Source: Phyllosticta citribraziliensis (lineage: Eukaryota). From it: a stretch of 64,000 nucleotides of DNA. How positions within the stretch are numbered: position 1 is the first letter of the stretch; each line of letters opens with the position of its first letter. The stretch lies in contig NW_027117338.1 of the NCBI RefSeq assembly GCF_038025025.1, forward strand, positions 1,550,001 to 1,614,000. Reading direction: 5' to 3'. The translations under genes were made by a program, and so were the position numbers. Below the pieces are notes generated by a model. It was not told the DNA's origin. It saw nothing but the letters and a program-made list of their open reading frames with translations, and ran no database searches. This document shows positions 1 through 11,742 of this stretch, piece by piece.

Positions 1-621
1 GTACTTTGGAATGTACGGACGGGAGAGCATGAACATGGAGTTCAGCCCATGGCTCGCTTGACTGGTGTGGACGTTCATCAGGAATTCCTTCTGAAGGCGG
101 GTGCTGGCAGGGTCGCCATGTGCGTTGGAATAGGCATGGCTATCAAGCTTGATGACCGGGCCGGTCGTGTCGAGACGGACGCGGGGAGCGAAGGTGTGGA
201 TGATGACTTCGGGATTCCATTCCCATAGCTCGAATGTGTTTTGGCCACGCTCTGCCGTCACAGCATAGCCCTCAATGGCATTATTCTCGTGGTTGTAGCG
301 GGTGAGCAGCAGCTTGCCCACGTGGGTAGAGTCGGAGAACCAGAGCTTGCGGCGGCACACGAACCAGAAAGGAAAGTGAGTGGTGTAGAGTTGTCGCCAG
401 CTCGAGGGCGGATGTTGCTGTATGTCGGTGGATGGGGTGTTTTCTTCGACAAACGGTTTCCAAAGGAGATCTTCTCTAGCATGATTACGCAGCAAGCGGC
501 ATGTCTCGGACGCTCTGGCCAAGTCGACAGGAGACAAGAAGCTGAAAATGTTTTGGATGATTTCGTTTGGAGCTCGGAGCAAAGGAGGAGCTGTATCGTC
601 TGGAGTAGCGACAACGTCCAT
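1..621 (-). CDS. F-box domain protein (3' end runs off the window)
   Basis: Manual translation from ATG at 621 gives MDVVATPDDTAPPLLRAPNEIIQNIFSFLSPVDLARASETCRLLRNHAREDLLWKP..., an F-box pattern (L..P.EI...I.SFL...DL..AS.TCR.L......D.LW). Open to position 1 and absent from the ORF track because it is truncated. Confidence 0.85.
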   Translation of the reverse strand, partial: MDVVATPDDTAPPLLRAPNEIIQNIFSFLSPVDLARASETCRLLRNHAREDLLWKPFVEENTPSTDIQQHPPSSWRQLYTTHFPFWFVCRRKLWFSDSTHVGKLLLTRYNHENNAIEGYAVTAERGQNTFELWEWNPEVIIHTFAPRVRLDTTGPVIKLDSHAYSNAHGDPASTRLQKEFLMNVHTSQASHGLNSMFMLSRPYIPKY

Positions 622-2254
622 GGTGATGTCGGAATGCGATTGGCAGAGGTGCGTGAGGTGTACAGGCGGCCCAGGAAGGGCCAGCGGGAGGAGGGGCCGA
701 CTCGATGGTTTTGTGTGAAGTAGTTACCCTTTTTGGGACGTGCCCAAGAGAGCAAGTGACGAGACAGACCAAAGTAGTACAAGGTCCAACGGCGAGGCGA
801 TGGCTGGTAGAGGCTTGATGGAGTGGCGCGGCCGACTATATGTTTGGCGATCCGTTTTGGGAGTAGAAGCGGGCGGTCAAGGCTCTTTGGCTAAGCAAAA
901 CGCTGCCGAAGCATTCATGCAGTATGCAAATGTCTATGGGCGTCTTTTGATGGGCGCACAAACGAACAGATAACGGCCGATCCGATTGGAGGCGGAAAAG
1001 TGTAACCAAGTCGCCAGGTGAGTAGCTATTCAAAAGGGCCGTATTCGGTCGCAGGCGGCTTGTTCATAGAGTGGAGAGCGAAGGTGGGCGGAGATGGCTA
1101 GGACAAGCAGCAGAGGTAGTAGTCGCAATGTCGTCCGGTGATGAGGTGGAGGGCCACGTGAAGGCGATTAGCGGTTAAGGTAGGGTGACGGACGGGAGGC
1201 TGGGATGTGGTGTCTTGGTGATGATGACATGAGGACGACGGGATGAAACTGGCGGCTTGGCCTCCTGCAACCAACTGAATGTGCCCTAGCCACACCACGG
1301 CCACAGGGAACCGAAGTCGATTGCACGTGGGTTAGACATTTTGATTTGGTTCTTTACCAAACAGTTGCATGTGTGTCTGTCGGTACTCCTGGATTCAATC
1401 GTCTGAGTCGAGTTTGGTTGGACAACAGGCGAGTGGCTGACGGGAATTGCGGGTTGCATGTAGCCAACCAGCCGGCGCCTGGGCCAACTATTGCTTGTGT
1501 CCGTTCTACTACAAAGAAGAATATTGCTCAACTGTGTGTGTCGGGAAATCCAGGATAATTTATATTGTGCCGCGATGATTTCATAGGCAAGGGAGCATGA
1601 CGAATATGCAACGAGACGGTGGCCATGGACCCTGTCAGCAGGGCAAGCGGCTGCATGACGTAGACATGGTGCTAGCAAACAGGATTCGATGCGTGGCTCT
1701 AGAAGGCGGACGAAGCTGCTCTGGACGTCGACACGCACTGCGTCTGTAGACATGAGATCAAGATGAGGAGGAGTGTGGGGAGGGTGTTCGCTGGCAGCGG
1801 AGGTACAGGTACAGGTAGCCAGGGAAGCCCCTGCCCACTGTTTATTGCGTCTCGCGCGAGCGCGTACCCTGCGCGCGTCAACACCACGGCTGCGACAGCG
1901 ATAGAAAAGAAATGGAAACAAATGAGTCGCAAACATCGGCAGCCAACCGATGGCGTCGCGTTGGGCAGGCTTCAGCCGAGTTTCGCAGTGGGACAATGGC
2001 GTCAATGTCTGTCCAGGCCGGGTCGTGTTGCTGGTGGTGACGCGCCTGCAGGCCGCTCGCTCATTTAATTCGCCGTGCAGAGGCCGTCAGTGCTGCGAGT
2101 AAAATCCTCTTCCGCTGCCCATCGCCCGCGCCCTCTCTGACCAGGCAACGCCCTCCGACCCCACCCGTCTCTTCTCCCACTGGACCTCCACCTTTTCCAT
2201 CAACCACCTTTCCTTTTCGTCACTTCATACCCCCACTACACTATAATACCCGTC

Positions 2255-5200
2255 ATGGCTCGCCGCCGTTCCTCTCAGGATAGCGCTGCCTCTGACCACA
2301 CACGCGGCATCCGACGCAAAAGACGCAGCAGCACGCCCTCAACCATGGACCCAAACTCGGACCTCCATAGCATCCGCGAGGAATCCAGCGATGCCGAACC
2401 TCTCAAGCGTGGCCGCAAGCGCGTCAAACGCGTCTCCATCACCGAGGAAGAAGAGCTCGCTCAAGAAGACCCCCTCCAAGCCTCTACTCCTCCCCAACAC
2501 CGCGACAAGCGCGTCCGCTTCTCAGACCCCGGTCCGCCTCTGCCTCAGGCCACTCCACTCCACAACTCGACCATCTCCTCTTCCGCACCCCAACATTCCA
2601 CCCCCACTGCGAGCCGAAACCCCGTTCAGGCCTCCCGTTCCAAGCGCCTCTCCCTCCCCGCCAGTCTTTCCGGTGCCATATCCCCCGATGGCAGCCAAAT
2701 CCAATTCACGCCCCTGCGAGCCTTGCTCGACGACCGCAAGCGCAGGCGTCTGCGTAGGAGCGGACTCAGCGAGGAAATGAACAGCATTGAGGAGCACAGG
2801 AAAGAGGACAAGCGTGCCAGGCTCGAGCTGCAGCGCCTGCGTCAGCAAATCCGGGAAAAGGACAAGCGAGTTGAAGACCTCTACTTTGAGCTCGAGGTCC
2901 AGCGCCAGTTTGCCATTGAGGTCCAAGAAGCCGACAAGGAAAAGGAACAGAACAAAGTCATGGAACTGGAACAGCAGCTGGAGGCCCTGCGGGCTGAAAT
3001 TGCCGAGCAGCGCGAGCGCCACGACCTGACTACCATCGAAGAGGAGGACAATGAAGACTTGGCCATGGGAATGGACATGGACGGAGGTCTATCTGATGAT
3101 GATGAAGACGATCAAGAAGATGACAACCATCTCATGCTCGTTGAGCCCGAAGACATCAACCTCAGCCACGATGACGTCCCTCAGTTCACGTCTGACGGCA
3201 TCGACGAAGTCACATCCGATGACCAAGTTACCCAAGCCAACGTCCCAGACCCTAGCCATGAGATTCAAATCCAGAAGCTCGAAAACACCATTGCAGAGCT
3301 CAACGGCCGCGCTTCCGATGCCGAGGTGGCCCTTCGCATTCTCTCCATGGAGATTCAGACCCTTGGCTTTACGGAACCGGACGCCAATGCCTACGATGCT
3401 CTTACCTCCATCAGGTCCACTCTTCAGCACGTGCGCAACGAAATCGAGGCTGTCATGCCAGGTGACCCCGCTGCCCAGCTTCACAACGGAGAATTGCTCT
3501 ACGCCGTGGTTGAGAAGCTGAGGTTGCTCAAGTCCGATATTGACACCAAGACCGCCGAGCTTCGCGATGAAAAGGATGTCGTTGCCCTGCTGAACAGTCA
3601 GAACAAGGGCCTCATTAGCAAAATGGCCGAATATGAAAATCGACGCTCCACTCTCGAGGGCCAGTGGCACGAACTCGACGTTGTTAATGAGAAGAAGTCC
3701 AAGGAAATCATCGAGCTCGAGGAGGAGCTGGACGCTTACAAGACTGCAGTCGATGAGCGGGACAAGGAAATCATTGAGCTGGACCAGAAGATCGATGAAA
3801 TGGAGGTCGAGCTTGAGGACCGCGACAGCACCGTTCAACGCTTCGACCAGACCATCCTGGATCTCAAGAACGAAGCTTCGTCCCTCCAGTCCTTGGTCGA
3901 ACAGATCAAGAAAGACCACAACGACGCCTTTACCCAATTCAAGGAGGAGACTGCCGCTGCTATTGCCGAGCTGAACGAGCAGCTGGCTACCGAAAAATCC
4001 TATCGTGAAATGGCCGAAGCGGACATTGACCAAAAGACGACATTCATCACCGAACTTGAGGTCAAGGTCGAGCGCGCCGAGACGGAGCTTGAGAACCTCC
4101 GGGACGACCTTGACAGGCTGCAAGAGCTCAAGGATAGGGAGTCTTCCCAGCGCGAAGCTGCCGAGGAAGAGCTGGAAGACAAGGCGAGCAGCATTCGCGA
4201 GTTGGAGCAAAAGGCTGATGTTGCCGAGGAGGAAGTTGAAGAGCTCCGGGGAGAGCTCGAGCGCATCCGCAACATTGCCGAAGCTGAGCAAGAGCAACGC
4301 GAGGCTGCCGAGGCAGAGATTGAAGAAAAGGACAACAAGATTGCAGAGATGGAAGACCAGATTCACGAGGCTGGCAAGCAGGCCAACGAGCTCCGTCAAA
4401 AACTCTTTGAGCTGCAACTCCAGAAGCAAGCTGCTATTGACGAGCTCCAGGAGGCTGCTGCCAAACGCGAAGAGCAATACAACCAGGACATTGCTGCCGA
4501 AATCAAGCGTCGTGAAGATGCTGAACAGGTCTTCGCCGAGCGCAACGCTGAAATCGCCGAGCTCCAAGCCCGCCTTGAAGCTATCGAGGAAGACAAGGAG
4601 GCTCTCATTGTCGAAAAGGACGACCTCATCGATGAGCTTGAGAAGCGTGTCGATAAGCTCGACGCTGACCTCGCTCACTTGCGCGAGGAGTATGAGACTT
4701 TGGCAGCGCAAAAGGCCGAAGAAATCAAAGCGCTCCACGACGATATTGCCATACTCAATGCCGACGTCAATGAGAAGGCCGCTTTCATCACCAAGCTCCA
4801 GGACGAGGCTGCTGAGCGCGAACAACTCCACGCTGCTGCAATCAAAGGTTACGAATCTCGCATTGAGACGCTGGCGTCTGACAATGAATCGGCTCGCACT
4901 ACGATTCAAACCTTGGAATCCACCAAGAACTCGCTTGAGGCACGCGTCGCAGACGAAGCCGAAGCCATGCTGCAGCTTCAGAATCGCCACGCCGATGAGA
5001 TTGACCAGCTCCGCTCGCGAATCGATTCAAACGAGTCGGAAATCGAGCGACTCAGACGCGCTGTGGAACTGCGCGAGGAAAAATACACGTCGGACATCAA
5101 TTCGAAGAACAAGGAACTCGAGACGCTGCAGATGCTAGCCGACGCGCGCCTCTCGACCATCACCAACCTCGAGACCGCGTTTGACGACCTCAAGAGGCGC

Positions 5201-5497
5201 TTCCGCGACCAGACCCTGTCCAGCCAAAAGGTCATTGGCCGTCTCACAGACGGTATCCGCGCCGCAGCCAGCGAGGCCCAGGACCGCGGCGATTTGTTTG
5301 TCGAGGAGGCCGAGCGCGCCATTGGCGAGGTCGACGCTCTACGCCCGCCGGGAGTCAATGGCAGCATTGGTAACGAGCGTGTCAGGATGCTCAAAAGCGG
5401 TGCCAACGGCGCTAAGAAGCCGCGTCGTCAGTGGGACTCTGGCATTGGTGTTGCCGAGGAGGACGAAGATGAGTTGGGAGAGCCCATGATGGGTTGA
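2255..5497 (+). CDS. Long coiled-coil protein (1080 aa) with a basic, NLS-like N-terminus; function unknown
   Basis: Intronless ORF, E/K/L/A-rich heptad-like sequence over ~700 aa; N-terminal RRKRR, KRGRKR and KRVRF (RVxF-like) motifs. Confidence 0.85.
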   Translation: MARRRSSQDSAASDHTRGIRRKRRSSTPSTMDPNSDLHSIREESSDAEPLKRGRKRVKRVSITEEEELAQEDPLQASTPPQHRDKRVRFSDPGPPLPQATPLHNSTISSSAPQHSTPTASRNPVQASRSKRLSLPASLSGAISPDGSQIQFTPLRALLDDRKRRRLRRSGLSEEMNSIEEHRKEDKRARLELQRLRQQIREKDKRVEDLYFELEVQRQFAIEVQEADKEKEQNKVMELEQQLEALRAEIAEQRERHDLTTIEEEDNEDLAMGMDMDGGLSDDDEDDQEDDNHLMLVEPEDINLSHDDVPQFTSDGIDEVTSDDQVTQANVPDPSHEIQIQKLENTIAELNGRASDAEVALRILSMEIQTLGFTEPDANAYDALTSIRSTLQHVRNEIEAVMPGDPAAQLHNGELLYAVVEKLRLLKSDIDTKTAELRDEKDVVALLNSQNKGLISKMAEYENRRSTLEGQWHELDVVNEKKSKEIIELEEELDAYKTAVDERDKEIIELDQKIDEMEVELEDRDSTVQRFDQTILDLKNEASSLQSLVEQIKKDHNDAFTQFKEETAAAIAELNEQLATEKSYREMAEADIDQKTTFITELEVKVERAETELENLRDDLDRLQELKDRESSQREAAEEELEDKASSIRELEQKADVAEEEVEELRGELERIRNIAEAEQEQREAAEAEIEEKDNKIAEMEDQIHEAGKQANELRQKLFELQLQKQAAIDELQEAAAKREEQYNQDIAAEIKRREDAEQVFAERNAEIAELQARLEAIEEDKEALIVEKDDLIDELEKRVDKLDADLAHLREEYETLAAQKAEEIKALHDDIAILNADVNEKAAFITKLQDEAAEREQLHAAAIKGYESRIETLASDNESARTTIQTLESTKNSLEARVADEAEAMLQLQNRHADEIDQLRSRIDSNESEIERLRRAVELREEKYTSDINSKNKELETLQMLADARLSTITNLETAFDDLKRRFRDQTLSSQKVIGRLTDGIRAAASEAQDRGDLFVEEAERAIGEVDALRPPGVNGSIGNERVRMLKSGANGAKKPRRQWDSGIGVAEEDEDELGEPMMG

Positions 5498-6108
5498 GTG
5501 CCGCCTACCTTGTTGAGAGCGACGCTGTTTTGGTTGACAGCGAGTTGATTCGAGCCTTTGAGCTGTTACTTGGGTTGACTGTTGTGGGTCTTGGACCTGC
5601 CTCTTGGGTTGTTGACAGTAGGACTTGGTTCGAGTTGAGCTTGTTGGCTTGTCTTTTTCTCGTTGCTTTGCTCGTCACATACCCCTTCTGCCCCCTCCTG
5701 CCCCCGTCTTCTTCTTTGAAAAGAAAATACATGTTGAGAGCCTTGTTTAGCGTACCATCTCATGACAGCCCCCATCCCCATCCCCTCGATGCCAGTCGGC
5801 GGTTTTCTGTTGGAACGAATTGTTTTTTTGGGTCTCTGGTTTCAGGTTATGAACAAAATGAAAATCGCCCACACGCCCCTCTTCTCTTCTTTCCTCTGTA
5901 ATTTTATTTTCTTCTTCCCTTTTATCCTTGTCGATAACGACATACGTACACAGCGAACTTGTGGTACAAATTGGACTTGGCAGCGTGATGCTAAACCCAA
6001 CTACATTTCCTTTGGGGGTCGCTTGTAGTTAGCTTTTCCTTTTTCTCGTTGTTGATGTGTGTATTTATCCTCTGGGATGTATGTACACTGCGGTACAGGA
6101 AGACGGAG

Positions 6109-6335
6109 TACAGTTGTGTGGAACAAGGTCGAGCGAAGGAAGTCAGGTCGTTCCCGTGGTGGAGAAGGACTGCTCAGGGGACGCACCTGAGGTGATATCA
6201 AGACTCCGTAGTCGCAACCTTAGTAGTAAAATAGTGAATGAATGCTCCATCTATAGTGTCGTAGTCAACGACCGCTCCTCGAGTCCGCCCACATCACCAT
6301 GTTCTCCGAATCGCGGATACTTCTGACACCCACCC
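6109..6335 (-). mobile_element. Highly degenerate relic of the CACAGTG-TIR/33-bp-repeat element
   Basis: Contains tagtgaatgaatgctcc (matches the 33-bp unit), ttctgacacccac (right-TIR-like) and tacagttgtgtggaa (left-TIR-like). Confidence 0.4.
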
Positions 6336-6487
6336 GCCTCGGTGTTGACCACCAACATCACGAGGCACTCCCGCACGTCAGCATCACCATAAAATAGAGC
6401 CTCCTTACGCGCCGCAACACGCCAGCGTGGATGCTGGCCAGCCTGCGCACCGCAGTAACGAACAGTAAGAGAAAAGGAACATGTACA

Positions 6488-6504
6488 CCCCCCCCCCCCC
6501 CCCC
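6488..6504. repeat. poly(C) tract, 17 nt
   Basis: Read directly. Confidence 0.95.
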
Positions 6505-6620
6505 TACCCCCAAACAACACACAGTTTGTCCATCAGGACTTCGTTGACACCACAGCTGTCAGGCCAAGCTGTGTGGAGGAAGACAGCCAGGTGGGCAAGC
6601 AGTCAGGACTAAATACTAGG

Positions 6621-6750
6621 ACCAGACGGCCAGTGCTCACACCAGACGGGGCTGCGCTCACGGGCATGTGGACGACGACATCATCGCGCGTCGTTCTGGC
6701 TACCACCGGACGGCCAGCGCTCACGGGCGTGTGGACAATGACATCGTCGT
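6621..6750. repeat. Degenerate ~63-bp tandem duplication downstream of COQ3
   Basis: accagacggggctgcgctcacgggcatgtggacgacgacatcatcg (6641) vs accggacggccagcgctcacgggcgtgtggacaatgacatcgtcg (~6705), plus a partial accagacggccagtgctcac at 6621. Confidence 0.75.
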
Positions 6751-6929
6751 CGCAACTCTCACTGGACGGTGGGTGCCGTGATGAGTCGTCTCAGGGCCAG
6801 CTGCATGAGCTTGTGACTGCGCTGCCTCTTTTTCCTTTCTTCCTGCTGCCGCTGCCTGGGCACACGCACATGGCAGGGACATGCATTTCCGGCACACCTT
6901 ACATTTCATGCTCTTGAGCTCCATACCAA

Positions 6930-7853
6930 TCATGATTCTTTCCTCCTCACGGCAAAGAAGTAGTTCCCCCAGTCTTCACTGCCCTTGACCTCCTTCCAGC
7001 CAAAACCCGGAATGTACATGACGCCCATGACGGCCGGGCTCTCCCAGCCATCCTGCTTCAGAAACCAACTGCTCAACTCCTCCTTGTTGATGTACTTGTT
7101 CCAGTCGTGCGTCCCCCGCGGCACGATCCCCAAAATGTCCTCGGCGATCAAGTTCGTCGTCGCCCAGCTCGTCCACGTCCGCGCGATGGTCGACATGACG
7201 AGCCACCCGCCCGGCCGCACGTGCGGCATCAGCTTCTGCAGAAAGTCGGCCGGCATCGACACGTGCTCGATGACCTCGAAGCACGACACGATGTCGAACC
7301 CGTCCTGCGGCGTCGCGGGCGGCGGGAGCTGCTCGATGGGGATGTTCTTGTACGTCAGGCGGCCCTCCTCCAGCAGCAAGGGGTCCTGCCGCTTGTGCGC
7401 TTCCGCTACTGCGAGGACCTCCGGCGTGGGGTCGATGCCTAACACGCTCTCCGTGTTCCGTTGTCGCGCGGCGCTTTCGGCGAAGATGCCGCCTCCGCAG
7501 CCCACGTCGAGGTATCGGAGGCGGGGAGGGGGAGGGGTCGGTTGCGAGGAGAGGCAGCGTTGTATGAAGGGGTGCCGCAGCTGGTTCATGAGGTGGAGGA
7601 TGCGCGAAGGACCGTGGGGGTCCCACCAGCTGGAGGCGAGGTTGTTGAAGTGGGAGACTTCGGAGGGGTCGACGGAGGAGTGGCCATGGCGAGGAGACGC
7701 AGATGTAGAGAATGCGCGACTCGCTGTCGCTGCTGGAATTCGTGCGTGGGACGTTGCTCGCGAGGCAATGATTCTTGAATATGGTCGTGGTTGGAAAGTT
7801 TTGGACAACGCCTTGTCCAGGGTTTGTACGGCGCGTGCCGCTCGTCTCGACAT
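6930..7853 (-). CDS. COQ3: Ubiquinone biosynthesis O-methyltransferase, mitochondrial
   Basis: Arg/Ser-rich presequence; EVSHFNNLASSWWDPHG..LHLMN, SAM motif YLDVGCGGGIFAE, FEVIEHV, VPRGTHDWNKYI (UbiG/Coq3 signature). Confidence 0.93.
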   Translation of the reverse strand: MSRRAARAVQTLDKALSKTFQPRPYSRIIASRATSHARIPAATASRAFSTSASPRHGHSSVDPSEVSHFNNLASSWWDPHGPSRILHLMNQLRHPFIQRCLSSQPTPPPPRLRYLDVGCGGGIFAESAARQRNTESVLGIDPTPEVLAVAEAHKRQDPLLLEEGRLTYKNIPIEQLPPPATPQDGFDIVSCFEVIEHVSMPADFLQKLMPHVRPGGWLVMSTIARTWTSWATTNLIAEDILGIVPRGTHDWNKYINKEELSSWFLKQDGWESPAVMGVMYIPGFGWKEVKGSEDWGNYFFAVRRKES

Positions 7854-8514
7854 GTTGGCTTCTTTGCTCGTCGGGTACTGGGTTCAAAGGGAGTTTGCTT
7901 GGTTGGTCATAGCACAGGCGGGGTGGGAGGAAATCAATTGAAGGTGGGCAAGACGTGGTGTAGGAAGCGTGAACGCGCCGGCGAACACTGTCGACGTCAT
8001 GCGCCACAGCCACGAGAGCCACAGAGCCAGCGCACAGCCACATGTTCCACATGTTCCACCCCGTCCGCAGCGTCCAACTTTTCCCCGCTGCTTCGATCCC
8101 ACTCCACCTTGTCAACTCTCCAATTCTCTCGCTTCGAACGCTTCTTTATCTCAGCACCTTTTTGGGAGGCCATGGAATTGACTACTTTCGACGTTCCGCC
8201 AACTTCGGGAGACCCCGAACGCCCGAGCTGTGGAGAATCTCGCCTCGATGTTTCGTCCACAGTCTGTCAAGAAGAAACTGGAGTTTGCCGTCTTGAAGGA
8301 ATAGTTGAAGGACGTCCGCCGAACTCGAAGATTCCTACTGCTTTCCCTCGAGGTTATGCATATCATTCCGCACATTGTTCAAAAGATCTTGTCCTCGCAA
8401 TTCGACAATCGGTCTCATCAGCTGTAATAGTAAATTTTCGAAAAATGAAGCCAGCCATTGTATCAACGGAGAAAAAAGAAAAAACACATTCTGCCTCCTT
8501 TCGGTCGCTGGAAC

Positions 8515-9874
8515 TCAAAATCCAAGGTCGTTACTGCCCTCTCCGTCTTTGAAAAGGTCGATGTAGTCCGTCTCGCCATCCACCAGCTTGCCAAGGTTCA
8601 AGCGGGTACTCCACCGTATGTTTCTCGAAAACGCCTGCTCATTGTAGTCGCTCCCATGGTCCGAAATGTCGCTGAAGGTCGATTTTGAGCCAACCGGACG
8701 ATGATGCTGGAACAGTTGAGGCTGTACAGTCAAACACGTTCGGATTCGACGCTCGTCGACACCGTCGCAGAGAGAGCGAAACATCATATCTGTCGTTCCC
8801 GTCATCTTGCGGACCCCGAGCTCATAAAGCAAACGCCTCGCCCCGGGCAGAGAGATGCCGTAACCCAAGGTGCACGTGTTCATTCGTGCCCGGGACACGA
8901 CTCGCGTATGCGCCGGATACTCCTGGATGAGCTCGTCGTTGCCGAATTGCATCTTGACATGCTGCTTTTCCGGCACGGTCTCGTCGTCTTGTAAGACGGC
9001 GCGCCCCAAAGGTGCGTTGATGTCGGTTGCGCGAGGGAAGCGAGTACCACAGTGGCCTAGCCAGAACAAATCCCACCGATCGATGTCGCCATACGGAGAG
9101 GTTGACGGCTCTGCGGTGACCTCTTCGCCAACGACGAAATTCTGTGGAGACTGGCCTGCGGATGGCTGAGGCCATGTTGGATCCAGATATTGGTGCGACG
9201 TTCCTGGCTTGGACTGGACGAGGATATGCGCTGCTCTGGCAAAGTCCTGCATCTGCGATTTGATTCGGAGATCCCAATCGGCGTCATCCTCGAGTACCAA
9301 GGCCGAAGTAATGTTTTGCTCAACAATCCTGCCAAAAATTCAGCAAATACAGGGCACACGGCTACAGCATTGCTCGCTGCCAGATTCCTCGATGATGCGG
9401 TTGAAAATCAAAAGAATTCGCGATACCCACATTCGGGCAATGTTCATATGCGCTCGCCAGTTTCCGAGGCCGCCTTTGTTGAGATGGACCTCAGCTCCAC
9501 CTGGTGGAAGCGCCTTTTCTTCCACTTCTGTCACTCCATCGACATACTCTATTTGTAACCCAGTGGCTGCGGCTGCCAGAGACATAGCATCGCGATGGTC
9601 AGACCGTGACGGCAAATTTATCACGAATATCTTTTGGAACTGTATGAAGGTAAGCGCGAGAGAATGGTGATGACGAGACGGAAATCGATCAACTTACGCC
9701 AAGCGTTTGGTTGAAAACATCGTCGAGAATACGAGCGCTTCTACTGGGAGGCGACCTTGCCAGAGGTAAAGGTGAAAACCCGCTCTCATTGAATCTAAGA
9801 ATAATAATGACAATGATGCAGAGGCTGACCGCCCCAGCCAACAGGCTTCGTGCAAAGCAGCTGTGAGTTGGCAT
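8515..9874 (-). CDS. Glycosyltransferase family 25 (type II membrane), 3 exons; start could be 9922
   Basis: N-terminal TM segment, then INLPSRSDHRD, GNWRAHMN, LEDDADWD, CTLGYGISLPGARRLL; introns ~9642-9696 and ~9331-9428. Confidence 0.85.
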
Positions 9875-10557
9875 GTCGCATATGCCTCCTGGACTTGCCG
9901 TGGGCTTCAGGAGCGTTGGCATCTATTTTACTCGACTTTACCCCCTGCTAAATCAAGCTAGCGAGGACCTGACGGTTGGTCGATTAAGCGGATTTCACAG
10001 TCGGCGGGTATGTGACAACCGCGCCGCAGTACGGGAGAGCGCTTAAAGGCGATCAGCGACCCAATGGCAAAGCGAGATTGCGGGCAGCAACACAAGCGCC
10101 GCCTCGCTAACAGTCTTCGTGATGTCTCCAGTCGCGAACTGCACGTTGTCTTCCACATTCTTCACAGTCCTTCTTTGCCGCAGGAGTGCGCGGATTGACC
10201 AACGCTAATTTCAGTGGGGTAGATGCTTCTGCGTCAACAAATAGGAGACAATACTGCGTGTAACCATCCCGCCCACGGCAGACAGGGACGTGGACATGTT
10301 GATGAGGCTGAAATGTCAGCGCTTCCCGACTCGCAGAGCTGTGCCCCATGCGGTGACAGTGGCCATTGAAAGCGCACCACTCGACTTCTTAAGAAGAAAT
10401 TGTGTCGCAAGAGCAGTAACGTCGTCCTCCATTTGCAAACTTCATTTCTTGTTCTCCCACCTTCCTCTGCGTAATTCAACACGTCCTCGCAAGTAGGACA
10501 CGAACGTCACTTTGCCAGCTCTCTTTATTCTTCGGGGCGAAACTTTTCTCAATCATC

Positions 10558-11396
10558 ATGTGGAACGTGAGAGTGGCAATCGTACTCCTCGGCCTCCTGG
10601 CGAGGTCAAGTGTCGCGGATGATGACAACGTATTTACAAATCCAACCGGCCCCGGACCGTCGGGAAACTTCGCTACAAACCCAGAGTGGAAGCCTGGTTC
10701 TGTTCAGCGAATTTCTTGGAAAACCACCCTCGACGCCTATGAGATAGCACTGTTCCATCAGAAAAGCAAATCTGGGTCCGGTGATCAGGTCCGAGTAGTC
10801 CACAGTGAGTTTTTAAAGACCTAGGGCTTTCAACGCTGACAAATCTCCCAGCAATAGACAGCAATGGCTCTGGCGACCAGTCTTTCGATTGGACAGTCGA
10901 CACATATGGAACAAGTACAACTTCGTCCTCTGCGTTCTATTTCTCGGTCGATTCTGGAAGCTCGGACGGGTTCACCTCGCATTACTTCAACGTCACCGGC
11001 GGGGCAAGCACTACAACCAGAAGAACTACGTCAGCAAGTCCGAGCCCAACAACTTCCAGTATCGCAGCTCCTCGGAAGACAACGACCACCACCTCCGCGC
11101 ATCATGCAGGCAAGACAGCAGCGGCGGCAGCTCCAAAACCCAAATCTAATCCAAAGCCGAAGAAGTCAAAGAGCAAGTCAGCGCCGAGTTCCAGTCCCCG
11201 CACTCTTGGACTTTCAATTGGCCTCGGATTGGGAGCCTCCATTCTTGTTATAGGGGGCTTCTATGCGTTCTACGCGATCAAGGAATCGGGACCTATCCAG
11301 CGCCGGCGGCAGCTGGCGGAAGACAAGAAAAACGCCGTTCCAGTGTGGTGTCCAGATGAGCAGGTTTTCAAGTACTCCGTGGGCTCAGCTTGCTGA
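10558..11396 (+). CDS. Signal peptide + small extracellular domain + S/T-rich stalk + single TM protein (Mid2-like architecture)
   Basis: Exon 1 MWNVRVAIVLLGLLARSSVADDDNVFTNP...; intron gtgagt..cag (~10805-10851); exon 2 ...FTSHYFNVTGG, T/S-rich, TM LGLSIGLGLGASILVIGGFYAFYAI, stop at 11394-11396. Confidence 0.75.
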
Positions 11397-11440
11397 CCAG
11401 AAGAGCGGACCTGGTCTTGCATCGCCAGTGGGAGAGCCAG

Positions 11441-11657
11441 CACAGTGAGTGTCGAAAGAAAAGGGACATCGTTCACTGCTATTCTTACGCTTAGGTCGCA
11501 TTCATTCACTACTGTAGTTGCACTCAGGGAGCGTTCGTTCACTACTGTTGTTGCACTCAGGGAGCGTTCCTGTACTGCGCTATATTTGCGCTAAGGGAGC
11601 AGCTGTTCATTCCTGTAGCCAGACCCAGGGAGTTTCTTTCTTCCGACACCTACCGAG
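11441..11657 (+). mobile_element. MITE-like element copy A (CACAGTG TIR, ~4.5 x 33-bp internal units)
   Basis: Starts cacagtgagtgtcgaaag and ends ttccgacacctaccgag; units at 11489, 11522, 11555, 11590; shares gccagacccaggg with other copies. Confidence 0.8.
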
Positions 11658-11742
11658 GCACGTCAAGTCTCCTTGTATTCAACCACAAAACACGTCTTCA
11701 ATCTACATTCTACAATATTGCCAAGTCTTCCAAACTCTCTAC

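Noticed and set aside
3089..4990. 633-aa minus-strand ORF
   Set aside because: Antisense shadow of the codon-biased coiled-coil gene
6976..8115. 379-aa and 318-aa ORFs overlapping COQ3
   Set aside because: Alternative-frame and antisense shadows in GC-rich coding sequence
11489..11620. 33-bp repeats as a CRISPR array
   Set aside because: Units are contiguous with no unique spacers, the context is eukaryotic and there are no cas genes
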